This document shows, piece after piece, positions 13,832-26,120 of a stretch of DNA of 64,000 bases. Position numbers and translations under genes: made by a program. The notes beneath the pieces are model-generated. The model searched no databases. It was not told the DNA's origin and saw only the letters and a list, made by a program, of their open reading frames with translations. Source of the DNA: Paraspadella gotoi (Eukaryota > Animalia > Chaetognatha); contig CM119268.1 in NCBI GenBank assembly GCA_051294375.1, forward strand, positions 107,437 to 171,436, given 5' to 3'. How positions within the stretch are numbered: position 1 is the first letter of the stretch; every line of letters starts with the position of its first letter.

Positions 13832-15968
13832 TGTATTCCTGTGCAAATTTATTCCTGTGCAAATTTATTCCTGTGCAAATTCATTCCGGTGCAAATTCAG
13901 TCCTGTGCAAATTCATTCCTGTGCAAATTCAATCCTTTGCAAATTCATTCTTTGTGCAAATTCAATCCTGTGCAAATTAAATCCTGAGCAAATTCATTCT
14001 TGAGCTAATTCATCCCTGAGAAAATTCATTCCTGTGGCAAATTTATTCCTGTGCAAATTTATTCCTGTGCAAATTCATTCCTGTACAAATTCAATCCTGT
14101 GCAAATTCTTTCTGTTACAAATTTATCCCTGTGCAAATTCATTCCTGTGCAAATTCATTCCTGTGCAATTTTTTTCATATGTATATTCAATCCTGTGCCG
14201 AATTCAGTTCTGTGCAAAATTCATTCCTGTGCAAATTCATTCCTGTGCAAATTCATTCCTGTGGCAAAATTCCAACCCTGTGCAAATTCATCCTGTGCAA
14301 ATTTATTTCCTGTGCAAATTCATTCCTGTGCAAATTCATTCCTGTGCAAATTTATTCCTGTTGCAATTCATTCCTGTGCAAATTCCAACCCTGTGCAAAT
14401 TCATTCCTGTGCAAATTCATTCCTGTACAAATTTATTCCTGTGCAAATTCATTCCTGTGCAAATTCATTCCTGTGCCAAATTCCAACCCTGTGCAAATTC
14501 ATTCCTGTGCAAATTCATTCCTGTACAAATTTATTCCTGTGCAAATTCATTCCTGTGCCAAATTCATTCCTGTGCAAATTTATTCCTGTGCAAATTAATT
14601 CCTGTGCAAATTCATTCCTGTGCAAATGTATTCCTGTTGCAAATTCATTCCTGTGCAATTTAATTCCTGTGCAAATTCATTCCTGTGCAAATCAATCCTG
14701 TGCAAATTTAATTCCTGTGCAAATTCATTTCTGTACAAATTTAATCCTGTGCAAATTCATTCCTGTGCAAATTCAATCCTGTGCAAATTCATTCCTGTGC
14801 AAATTTATTCCAGTGCAAATTTATTCCTGTGCAAAATTTATTCCTGTGCAAATTTATTCCTCTGCAAATTTATTCCTGTGCAACTTCATTCCTGTGAAAA
14901 TTCATTCCTGTGCAAATTCAATTCCTGTGCAAATTCTTTCCTGTGCAAATTCAATCCTGTGCAAATTCATTCTTGTGCAAATTCAATCCTGTGCAAATTC
15001 AATCCTGAGCAAATTCATTCTTGAGCTAATTCATCCCTGAGAAAATTCATTCCTGTGCAAATTTGTTCATGTGCATATTCATTCCTATGCCAATTTTTTC
15101 CTGTGCAAATTTATTCCTGGTGCAATATCATTCCTGTGCAAATTCATTCCTGTACAAATTCAATCCTGTGCAAATTCTTTCTGTTAAAAATGTATCCCTT
15201 TGCAAATTAATCCTGTGAAAACTTGTTCTTTTAAAAATGTATTCCTGTTGCAAATCTATCCCTGTGCAAATTCATTCCTGTGCAAATTTTTTCATGTGTA
15301 TATTCAATCCTGTGCCAATTCATTCCTGTGCAAATTTATTCCTGTGCAAATTCATTCCTGTGCAAATTCATTCCTGTGCAAATTCATTCCTGTGCAAATT
15401 TCAACCCTGTGCAAATTCATTCCTGTGCAAATTCATTCCTGTTGCAGATTTATTCCTGTGCAAATTCATTCATGTGCAAATTCATTCCTGTGCAAAATTG
15501 ATTCCTGTGCAAATTCATTCCTGTGCAAATTCATTCCTGTGCAAATTTCAAACCCTGTGCAAATTCATTCCTGTGTAGATTTATTCCTGTGCAAATTCAT
15601 TCCTGTGCAAATTCATTCCTGTGCAAATTTATTCCTGTGCAAATTCATTCCTGTGCAAATTTACTCCTGTGCAAATTCATTTTTGTACAAATTTAATCCT
15701 GTGCAAATTCATTCCTGTGCAAATTCCATTCCTGTGCAAATTCATTCTGTGCAAAATTTATTCCAGTGCAAATTTATTCCTTGTTGCAAATTTATTCCTG
15801 TGCAATTTATTACTATGAAAATCTATTCCTATGCAAATTCATTCATGTGCAAACTTATTCATGTTCATATTCAATCCAGTGCAAATTCATATTTGTGCAA
15901 ATTCATTTCTGTGCAAATTCGTTCCTGTGCAAATTCTTCCTTTTCAAATGTATTTTCTGCGCAAATTT
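13832..15968 (+). repeat. 16-bp satellite (CCTGTGCAAATTCATT)n with about 1-kb higher-order duplication
   Basis: Unit read directly; variant block TGAGCAAATTCATTCTTGAGCTAATTCATCCCTGAGAAAA occurs at about 13985 and 15006. Confidence 0.95.
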
Positions 15969-16204
15969 TATAACTAAGTATAGGTTATTTTGTTAGTTGA
16001 AAATTAAGTAGGAGGTTAGGGTTAAGAGTGAGGTTAGGGATCATGTCGGTAATTAAGGTTACAAATTTTGTAGGTTAGGCGTTAAAGGTTAGGAACTAGG
16101 GTTTAAGGTTAGGTCAGGATTAACATTTAAGGATAAAGGCTTAGGGTTAAGGTCCAGAATTAGGTAAGAATTATATTAGGGTTTAGGATTAGGGTTATGG
16201 ATTA

Positions 16205-16905
16205 GGTTTATAAGTTTAAAAATATGTTTAAGGTTAAATATTTTGAAAAAATTGCAGAATTTGTAAATTAAATTAAATCAACTGAAAACAACTAATACTC
16301 TACTAACCACAAGTTTAAAGTAGTTGTTTAGTTGGTATCTTGGTAACGAGCCTTCTTTTGAGTTTGAAGAGTACTTGGTTCTAACCCTTGTAGCGATATT
16401 TTTATTAGCTGTAGGGCTAAACTTCGATTCCCGCGGTAGTATTTTTTTTAAATTTAAGCAAAAAAATACAAAAAATAAATAAATAAATAAATAAATTGAT
16501 GATATTATTAAGAAGTCGGTATACACGAAATAAAAATAAATTTAAAAACCAAAAGTAGAATCATAAATTTCTTGGATAGTTTTTAAACTCAAGCGTAATT
16601 CAGTAAAAGCCTTATGGATTGTGTTATAAGTTTTAAAAATATATTAAGGTTAAATATTAGGTTAAAGCAATGGTTATAAACTAGTAACTTGGTAACGAGC
16701 ATTCCTTTTATCCTGATAGTTAGCTGGTTCAATTCCTGTCATAATAATTTTTTTTAAATTTAAGAAAAAGTAAATGATGATATTATTAAGAAGAGCGCTA
16801 ATAATAATTATAGATAATCAATTGTATACATGCAATTAAAATTAATTAAAAAATAAAAAATAAAAATTTCTTAGATAAATCCAAGCGTAATTCAGTAAAA
16901 GTTAT
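16205..16905. repeat. Diverged tandem duplication with degenerate tRNA/SINE-like core
   Basis: TTAAGGTTAAATA, CTTGGTAACGAGC, GATGATATTATTAAGAAG and CAAGCGTAATTCAGTAAAAG each occur twice in the same order. Confidence 0.65.
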
Positions 16906-17084
16906 ATTCTTAATGAAAACATTTAGAAAAGTTGAAAAGACATAAATACAGTGAAATAACAGTAATATGTTTTACCAAGGTTTTTTTTTTAACTCTGAAA
17001 GTATTATCAGAAATATTATCATTAATAAATTAATTACCAAACATAATGGTACCATTATGATTCTTTCGTTACGCCTATTAATAA

Positions 17085-17478
17085 AATCATCATTCAATAT
17101 AAAAAACTTTCAAAAAATAAAAAAACCCAAATGTTATCATTTTTAAATAGAGTTTGTATTCGTTTTGATGCTGACGTTTTTGTCTTTCAGAAATATTGTC
17201 AAAAAATAGGGCGCCAAAAATATGCTAAAAACTATTAAAATGTTTCTCTTTTTCATACAAACTCAAAATTTTAAAATGGAAATCATCAATTCAAAATATA
17301 AAACTTTAAAAAAAACTAAAAAAACCCAAACGGTATAACTTTTATATAGTGTTTGTATTCATTTTGATGCTGACGTTTTGGTCTTTCAGAATATATTGTC
17401 AAAAATAGGGCGCCAAAAATATTCTAAAAACTATTAAAATAGTTTCTCTTTCATACAAACTCAAAAAATTTAAATGGA
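17085..17478. repeat. About 195-bp tandem duplication (2 copies)
   Basis: TTTTGATGCTGACGTTTT and AAATAGGGCGCCAAAAAT each occur twice, about 200 bp apart. Confidence 0.85.
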
Positions 17479-17997
17479 TGGATCAAATTGTACTTTTTTC
17501 TAGCCAATAAAAACTATCGGTCACTCAGTATCAAAATTGCGACCAATAGGAAGGTCTCGTCACACTCTGGTCGCAGCAACGGTCACAGAATGTCGCATCA
17601 AAAGTTGACATGTCGCAAGCGTTGTCACAGTCGGTCACATCAGAACGAAGATTTGGTGTGACCGGTCACCAATAGAAGGAAGATATTATGTGACATGTCA
17701 CTGCACGGTCACACTTTCCAGCCAATCACAGTCGCGCATCATAAGGAAGAAAATAATATTCGTTTTTCTTTCTTTCTGTTCTTCTCTCTTTCTTTCTCTT
17801 CTTCTTTCTTTCTTTCTTTCTTTCTTTTCTTTCTTTAGTTCTTTCTTTATTTCTTTCTTTCTTTCATTCTCTCACGTCTTAGCCAATTACATCCCTCCAA
17901 CATACTGCGAAGGGATGTAATTGAAAAGAACGCACGATGATCGCTTCATTCAACGCGTCTCAAGGGAGACGTCAGCAGACGTTGGACTGAAATTGTC

Positions 17998-18064
17998 AAC
18001 GACGACGAGTGATAACGCTGATGATGATGGCGATGATGATGAATGCGATTATGATGGTGATGAC

Positions 18065-18097
<33 letters not shown>

Positions 18098-18232
18098 GAT
18101 GATGACGAGTTACGATTAATGATGATTACAACAAGAAAGATGATGACGACGATAATGACGACATTAATGACGACAAAGATTACGATGATGACGACAACGA
18201 AGATGACGACAACGACAATGACAAAAAAGATT

Positions 18233-18271
<39 letters not shown>

Positions 18272-18272
18272 T
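17998..18272 (+). repeat. (GAT/GAC)n trinucleotide tract
   Basis: Perfect (GAT)n runs flanking mixed GAC/GAT triplets. Confidence 0.9.
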
Positions 18273-18311
18273 TAATACTAAAGATAAGTTACCAAGAATA
18301 ATATTTAAACG

Positions 18312-18673
18312 TTTTGCGCCGCAGTGACTGCCTTATCACGTGTATTTTGCGTGAATTGACATGACATGACGTGACATGACATGACTACATGATTACAACA
18401 ACTTTCTCAGCCTGTGACAGGCACTGCATCTGAATTCCGTCTTTTATTCTTTATAGTTTAGGATTTCCTGAAGGCGTCGCTAGCAGTCACTTAGATTTTG
18501 AAGTTTTTTCCCTTCTTACAAATGAGCAACCAATTATATGTAAGTTATGAGCATTTTTAAGGAACAGACCGACTGGAGAGAGAGACCGACAAACCGACCG
18601 TTCGACCGACCGATAGACCGACCGAAAAAGTTACTTATAGAGTAGCTTCGCGTGTACTCGTGGCGCAAATAAA
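18312..18673 (-). mobile_element. HINE-like element, family X (truncated duplicate at 1-220)
   Basis: Subterminal inverted pair TTGCGCC (about 18314) / GGCGCAA (about 18662), degenerate hairpin, GACC microsatellite, GGCGTCGCTAG core. Confidence 0.62.
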
Positions 18674-19296
18674 GAGTTGACAATGAAAAAGTTTTAAATG
18701 ACAGAAAAAACGTTTGTGATAAAGATGATTTTTAATGACATGACATGACATGACAATTACGTGGGGCAAAATAACAAATGAATAATGACGTCTCAATGTG
18801 ACGAGGATGACTAAGACAACCACGACGATGAGAAAGGTGACGAAAACGACGAAGACAAAGATGACAACAAAAACGACGATGACAACAACAACAACGACCA
18901 CGACGATGACAAAACAACAACGCCCACGACGATGACAAAGTTATCGGAGACGCCAAAATCCCGGCCGAGGAGGCGTGGAAGCTTCGACTCCTTACAATGC
19001 GAGGAATGAATTCTATTGAAGCAGAACCGTTAAAAACGACGACGATTATGACGACGACGACGACGACGAAGAAAGAGGCTTCGTTGTTATTCGAGGGAGA
19101 GAAAGACGGACAAATGGACAGAGGGAGAGAATGACAAAAGGGGCGAAAGGCAAAGAGACGGACGGATCCACTGATTTTGTTGGATTTCAGAATTTGTGGT
19201 TAGAACTAAGAAGGGAGGCAGATGAGAGAGAGAGAGAGAGAGGGAGAGAGAGAGATAGAGAGAGAGAGAAAGACAGAGAGAGAAAGAAAGAGAGGA

Positions 19297-19333
<37 letters not shown>

Positions 19334-19425
19334 AGAGAGAAGAGAGAGAAAGAGAGAGAGACAGAGAGAGAGAGAGTGAGAGAGAGAAGAGAGAGAGAGA
19401 AAGAAAACAGAGAGAGAGAGAGAGG

Positions 19426-19458
<33 letters not shown>

Positions 19459-20333
19459 TAAAAAGAGGGGGAAAAAAAAAGAGAGAGGAGAGAGAGAGAG
19501 AGAGAGAGGTAAAAGAAAAGTTAAATTAAAAAGAAAAATTAGAAAATAGAAAAAATGGTTGAATGAGTAAAAGTAAAAAGCTTCATTTAAAAAAAGTTGA
19601 TGAATATTTATATGATAAATTCTTAGCAGACGATGATAGCAACGATGATAATAACGACGACGAAGAGGACGACGATGACGACGACGATTACGACGACGAC
19701 GACTACAGTGAAGACGACGACGATTAAGACGACGACGACGATGACAACGACGACGACGATTACGACGACGACGAATACGACGACGAATACGACACGATGA
19801 CGATGATGACGAGAGACGACGATTACGGCGACAAGACAATATGACGAGAGATGACGACGAACGACGACGACGATTAGACGACGATACGACGACGATGACG
19901 ATGATGACGACGACGACGACGATTACGGCGACCAAGACGATGATGATGACGATGACGATGACGACGACAACGACGACGACGATTATGACGACGATTACGA
20001 CGACGATGACGATGATGACGACGACGACGACGATTACGGCGACCAAGACGATGATGATGACGATGACGACGACAATAACGAAGAGACGATTGATTATGAT
20101 GACGATGACGATGACAACGACGATTACGGCGACAAGACAAGACGAATACGACGACGATGACGACGACGACGATGACGATGATGACGACGACGATTACGAC
20201 GACGATGACAAAGACGACGACGACCCCTTTTTTGTAAATTAGCGTCACAAGAAAAGATAATTTTCATCTCAAATTTATTCTCTTTTTCTTGATTGAGACG
20301 CGATCCTGTTGACGTATGACTTCCTAACATCTT

Positions 20334-20335
<2 letters not shown>
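18453..20335. repeat. About 1.9-kb dispersed duplication; other copies at 1-1690 and (3' part) 5510-6263
   Basis: Near-identical unique anchors (GGATTTCCTGAAGGCGTCGCTAGC; CCGGCCGAGGAGGCGTGG; GCAGACGATGATAGCAACG; AATTAGCGTCACAAGAAAAG). Confidence 0.92.
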
Positions 20336-20379
<44 letters not shown>

Positions 20380-20629
20380 ACCGCGAGAGAAAAACCGTTT
20401 TTGTCGATAACATTTTGGCCTCACGAATCTAATCTCAACTTTTAAACTTTTTTTATCTTTGAAACAAAAAGAGGAATAAAAGAGGAGGAGGAGGAGGAGG
20501 AGGAGGAGGAGGGAGAAGTGGCTCGTTCTGATTCACAGTAATTGGGAGAGAGAGAAAGAACATTATTGTCAAAGAAGCGAGTCTAGAGAGGATAATAATT
20601 AAGGCGCTAACTGGGCTGAGGAGTGAAGT

Positions 20630-20827
20630 CCTCAACTTCTTTAACCCCCCCCCCCTTCTCGCAGCCATGGAACGGGTCCTTGGCTTGGAACCAGAATTGA
20701 GGGTTTTTCACGTCTCCATGGCGATTTACTGTCCACACTCTTCCCGCAGGGTAGATTCCATTGGGGATCGATCCCGGTACCTGATGGTCATGAGCTGATG
20801 GTACTACTCCCAGGGCCAGCTGGTCAC
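20630..20827 (-). mobile_element. tRNA-derived SINE-like element (tRNA-Met-like head)
   Basis: Minus strand: TGGCCCTGGGAG (A-box-like), loop CTCATGA, GGGATCGATCCC (B-box-like), then a body homologous to 32250-32372. Confidence 0.55.
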
Positions 20828-20917
20828 GACTGAAGGTGACATGCTTACTGGCGGGGTGAATTTCTTGCAATGTCCGAATACAAGAAGAGAAGAGGTCTGT
20901 TAAATAATTGTTTTTAG

Positions 20918-21017
20918 AGAAAAGAAAAGAAAAGAAAAGAAAAGAAAAGAAAAGAAAAGAAAAGAAAAGAAAAGAAAAGAAAAGAAAAGAAAAGAAAAGA
21001 AAAGAAAAGAAAAGAAA
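20918..21017 (+). repeat. (GAAAA)n microsatellite
   Basis: Perfect pentanucleotide run. Confidence 0.95.
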
Positions 21018-21130
21018 CAAAAGAAGAAAGATGAAAAGAAATAAACAAAATGCAATATTGTAAACATTTTTTAATCGCACAAATTTAAATAATGAGAAAT
21101 CTGAGAATTTTCTTTTTGATGTTTTGATAA

Positions 21131-21190
<60 letters not shown>

Positions 21191-21702
21191 ATCTTTATCA
21201 TTAGAAAAACTTTAATTTGTTATCGTCATTTCTTTAAAAATGGTATAGTAATATTTTTTACCAAATGCTTAAAATAAACTAAGTGTTAAAAAAATTACCG
21301 GTATGAAAATGCTTGGTTGTTCGGAGTTTCAATGCTTACCAGCTTTTTTTATGATTGATAGAGTTAAACGAGAATTTCTAAGAAATCGTGTGATTTTTTT
21401 TTTCTGACGACAAAATTGAGAAAAACAGAAATTTTGTTTTGGTCTCAATTTATTTCGTTTATGACGAAAAACGAATTCGATTCTTTGACAAAAAAAATGT
21501 GTTTATCGAAGTTGCTATGACGACGAGCTTTGTTTTGCGGAACGACCCTCTATGTTTATGACGATGGGGTTAGTATATTTGTTTTATACAAAAAAATTAT
21601 GTATTTCCTTTAACTATTATCGTTTTGTTCTATTTCGTAATGATGTTGCAAAAAATGAAGTTCTTAACTACTAAACAACTGCTTGTAATATTTATTTTTT
21701 TC

Positions 21703-21959
21703 TTACATTAAAATGAAGTTCTTAACAACTTAACAACTGCTTGTAATTTGTTTTTATTTATTGCAATAATTTGTTTCTCAAATAGAGAACAAATTTGAGC
21801 TAATCGGTAATTAATTAAATAATTAATTACCGATAATGATTGTGGGCAGATCCGACGTTGTTTGCTCAAACTTGTTCTCTATTTGAGAAACAAATTAATG
21901 CAATAAATAAAAAAATTACAAGCAGTTGTTAAGTTGTTAAGAACTTCATTTTAATGTAA
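21703..21959. repeat. Near-perfect inverted repeat with about 97-bp arms and a nested 32-bp palindrome
   Basis: 21703-21800 is the reverse complement of 21864-21959; ATCGGTAATTAATT-aaat-AATTAATTACCGAT at 21803-21834. Confidence 0.9.
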
Positions 21960-22836
21960 TAATACAAGATAGAGGCTCACCCTACCGCCAGAACCTCTCT
22001 CTCCCCGGGGCCTTCTCTTCCCCCTCTCAACGCCTCCTCCTCCCCTCGTCGTCCCCTCCTCTTCATCCCCGGAGTCACGGATAGAGTCTTGGAGATCGGA
22101 CTCACTCTCTCAACTTCCACTCTCTCAACTTCCACTCTCTCAACTTTCACTCTCTCAACTTCTACTCTCTCAACTTCCCAGTAATAAAATAAAATATTAC
22201 AAGCAGTTGTTCAGTTGTTAATTAATTTATTAATTAATTGATTAATTTTGATCCGAAATGTTTGTTTTGATTGATTGACTGATTAATTAATTATTGATTA
22301 AATAATTGACTAATTAAGAAACTGATATAATAAGAAAAAGAAGCATAATAAATTAGTGAAACAGTTTTTTTGTTTTTTTCCATTTAAACTAATTTCCACT
22401 CAAACGATTCCATCGAAACTTGATTTCCAGCTTAATCACACACTTTCTTATTACCCACGTTTAAAATTTCAGGTTAATCGCCCAATCCACTCATAAGTAA
22501 TTGGTGTTCAAATAGTGAAATTATTTTTTTTTGTTTTTTCCATTTAAACTCTTTTCCACTCGGACGATTCCGTCGAAACTTTATATCCAGCTCAATCACA
22601 CACTTCCCTACCCACAATCAAAATTTCATTTCAATCCATCCATCCAATCACGAGTAATTGAAGTTTTTTGCGGACGGACAGAAAGACAGACGGACAGACG
22701 GACATCGTTTTTTTTTTTTTTGCTTAATTTATCATAATTCGATGTTCTGACATGATTTAAGTTAATGCCCGACAAGATGGGGGGTCGGACCGACAGACCG
22801 ACAATGTGAATTATAGAGTCGGGATCTGCTGATAAA
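21840..22836 (-). mobile_element. HINE-like element, family Y
   Basis: Inverted pair GCAGATCCGAC (about 21847) / GTCGGGATCTGC (about 22818), GACA/GACG microsatellite, AGTG/TGTGAATTATAGAG motif, internal about 160-bp direct repeats (22375, 22535). Confidence 0.55.
22103..22177 (+). repeat. 15-bp minisatellite, 5 copies
   Basis: CACTCTCTCAACTTC x5. Confidence 0.9.
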
Positions 22837-23311
22837 GAGATAATTATACAGACAGGGAAAAACGCTAAGGGGTGATCTCAAAGACAGATTAACGGACTGA
22901 CATTTCAATTGACCGACAGACAACTTTATGTAATTCGTATAAAATTCCTTGTAACGTATTGTTTTCTTTTGTTATCTAATGCAAATATCGAATTGTAATT
23001 TCGCGTAAACCATTCGTAAAATTTGTGATTAAAACTTTTTATATGATTATACAATTATTATCTTGGAAATTATTATAAACTTAAAATTAAAGAGAATATT
23101 TTAATGAACAATGAAGCGTTGAAATATCTCAACCGCATCGAAGAGGGATATTACATTTTTTTAAATTTTTTAAAATTATTTTTATTAATTTGTTTTCTCT
23201 ATTGTTCTTCATCCTCGTGATTATTTTTTTCCTCCGGTAATTATGGATTTTTTTCTCATTGTCTTTTCGTGAACGAAGTGGAACGAATGGCCAACTGCTC
23301 AGGTTTCTTTC

Positions 23312-23425
23312 TTTCTCGACCAATCATGAGCTCGTCTTTCTGTCTCGACCAATCATGAGCTCGTCTTTCTGTCTCGACCAATCATAAGTCGTCTTTATTT
23401 CTCGACCAATCAGGACTCATCTTTT
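23312..23425 (+). repeat. About 29-bp repeat carrying CCAAT boxes, 4 copies
   Basis: TCTCGACCAATCATGAGCTCGTCTTTCTG repeated; further ACCAATCA at about 23481 and 23517. Confidence 0.8.
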
Positions 23426-23833
23426 TCAACTAAGCGCGTATTTTGTTCGCGCCCAGAAATAAAACTTTTTTTTATTTTTGACCAATCAATCAACTCATTT
23501 AAGTCTCGTTTTCTCAACCAATCAAAAATGAAACTTGCGTCCTTCTCGATCTCAATAAACGAGACATTGGAAAATTGTCATTGTTCCGCCCCGTGAAAAC
23601 AAAGCCATTGTATCGCTATCTTATGTCCAACCACACACCTGAGATTTTCACCGCAACTGAGAGTGGTGACCCCAGCTGACCATGCCCTCACCAATCCTCC
23701 ACCATGCTACCCTGCTCCATGTCTTTCTTTATTTCAATTAAACCGCATTCTCTCATAACTCAGTGCAGAAAAAAAGCGAAGCTTTTATTTTCTCATTTGT
23801 ACTTGTTTCTCATGCGACTTTTTTTCGATTTCC

Positions 23834-23867
<34 letters not shown>

Positions 23868-24055
23868 NNNNNNNNNNNNNNNNNNNNNNNNNTCGCCTCT
23901 CTCCTCTCTCGCTCTCTCTCTCTCTTTCTCTATCTCTCTCTCACTCTTTCCCTTTTCTCTCAAGGGTTTCATGCAACCTTAATAATTTTACTTATTTTCT
24001 TTTCGTATAATACATAGAAATAGATTTCCATTGTAAGTACATAAATGTATGTATT

Positions 24056-25323
24056 GCTCTGTAAAATATTTTATTGTTAATATGTTAACTGTCATATTTT
24101 TTGATCACTACAATCAATCAGTTTAGCACACATCCCCTTCTCATTCTAACCTCTCTCTCTCTCCTCTCTCGTCTGTCTCTCTCCCGTCCTATTCTTTCCC
24201 CTCTCTTCTATCTCCTGCTCTCCACCCATTCTAACTCCTACTCTCACCTCTCTCTCTTCCTTCTCTCACTCTCTCTCTCTATTCTCTTCTCTTCTCTGCT
24301 CTTCTCTTTTCGTCATCCTCTCTCCTTTGCTCTCTGCCGGTTCGTAATACAATTTTTCCTCTCCTAAAAAGAGATAAATGGACAGAGAATTCGCAGAAAT
24401 TGCGTGAGGGAAGAAACAAATCGTTACTACTTAGCTTGTTGGGGTGGAAGAGTGTCGAATTGGGGGTGGTAGAACAGGGAGTGAGAAGAGAGGGAAGAGA
24501 CGTGAGACGAGATGAAGAGAATGACGTGATTAGTGAGGAGAGGAGAGGAGGAGAGAGAGATGAAGGAGAGAGTGGAGAGAGAACCCACTCGAGTGAGAGC
24601 TAAGGCCCCGCGACGTTGGTAACATAATTAAACCAAGATCACCTCTCTTCTCTGTAAAATATTTTATTGTTAATATGTTAACTGTCATATTTTTGATCAC
24701 TACAAATCAAATCATAGCAAATCCCTATCTCTCTCTCTCTCTCTCNNNNNNNNNNNNNNNNNNNNNNNNNNNNNNNNNNNNNNNNNNNNNNNNNNNNNNN
24801 NNNNNNNNNNNNNNNNNNNNNNNNNNNNNNNNNNNNNNNNNNNNNNNNNNNNNNNNNNNNNNNNNNNNNNNNNNNNNNNNNNNNNNNNNNNNNNNNNNNN
24901 NNNNNNNNNNNNNNNNNNNNNNNNNNNNNNNNNNNNNNNNNNNNNNNNNNNNNNNNNNNCTCTCTCTCTCTCTCTCTCCGGTCGTAATCAAATTTTTTCT
25001 CTACCAAAAGAGATAAATGGACAGAGAATCGCAGAATTGCAGAAAACAANNNNNNNNNNNNNNNNNNNNNNNNNNNNNNNNNNNNNNNNNNNNNNNNNNN
25101 NNNNNNNNNNNNNNNNNNNNNNNNNNNNNNNNNNNNNNNNNNNNNNNNNNNNNNNNNNNNNNNNNNNNNNNNNNNNNNNNNNNNNNNNNNNNNNNNNTGA
25201 AGCAGAGAAGAGGGAGGAGGAGAGGAGGAGACGATCAGGAATGAGGAGAGAGAGAGAGAGAGTGAGAGAGACCCACTCGAGTGAAGCTAAGGCCCCGCGA
25301 CGTTGGTAACATAATTAAACCAA
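24056..25323. repeat. About 600-680-bp tandem duplication, each copy with a CT tract followed by a GA tract
   Basis: CTGTAAAATATTTTATTGTTAATATG at about 24059 and 24652; GCTAAGGCCCCGCGACGTTGGTAAC at about 24599 and 25286. Confidence 0.85.
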
Positions 25324-26120
25324 AGAACGACGAAGTAGCTAAATATTTTCAGGCCGTTGTTGCCATAGAAACCAAATTATGTCAAAAGTTTGTAAAAATT
25401 TGTTTTACATTGCTGTAAAAACCTCAAAAAACCCATAAGGAATATTTATCGTGAGATTTTGACAAACTGACTTCTTCAGAAGCAGATATGATACTTCTTT
25501 TTTACAAAACCTATTTTGTACACAACAAAACCCTGAGAATATATAAACCACATTGATTGTGTAACAATAGCAGTTGTACAGTATGTCCCAATGGTAATGT
25601 CTGTCAACTTTCACATAATGTGCGGAACTGTGTTATTAAATGTTATTTCTGAGATAAGTTATAAATTATTTAAATTTTAATTTGTATAAAATACGTGCAT
25701 TAATAAGAAGAAATAAACAAATATTAAAAACAATATAAAAAATTATAAAAATATGCTAATTAAGTTGATATTTAAATTTTATTATTTGAAGTTGTGAGGA
25801 ATTGAATCATTAAGCCAGAACAAAATGGTTGCTATTTATTCAATAAATTATTAATTAAAAAAGTAATATGAACAAGGCAAGTAGATAATTTTAAAAATAA
25901 CGATTATTGCATAATAAAAGATCTGGAGATAAAAATATAAAGTAGTTTCTTACTGGCCTGCATCTAAAGAAAATATTCAAAATATTATTTAATCAATATT
26001 ATAAAAAATATATCAGTTAATAATTTTTTTTTTAAATCACTGGAAAAATATTTTTACCAATTGATTTATGTAATAACTAAAGGAGTTTGCTTTGTTCAAT
26101 TTTTAAAATGGTCCATACTT

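Noticed and set aside
13730-15996. Cys-rich ORFs (CANSFLCKFIPVQIHS repeats)
   Set aside because: All three frames give the same 16-aa repeat from a 16-bp satellite; not metallothionein or zinc-finger genes.
15995-16235. Interstitial telomere (TTAGG/TTAGGG)
   Set aside because: Motifs are degenerate and irregularly spaced; no perfect tandem run.
241-20381. Poly-Thr/Asp/Arg/Val and SL/ER-repeat ORFs here and across the window
   Set aside because: Translations of (GAC/GAT)n and (GA/CT)n tracts with no supporting gene structure.
24675-25309. ORFs spanning N runs (also 45551-45817)
   Set aside because: Open only because Ns contain no stop codons.
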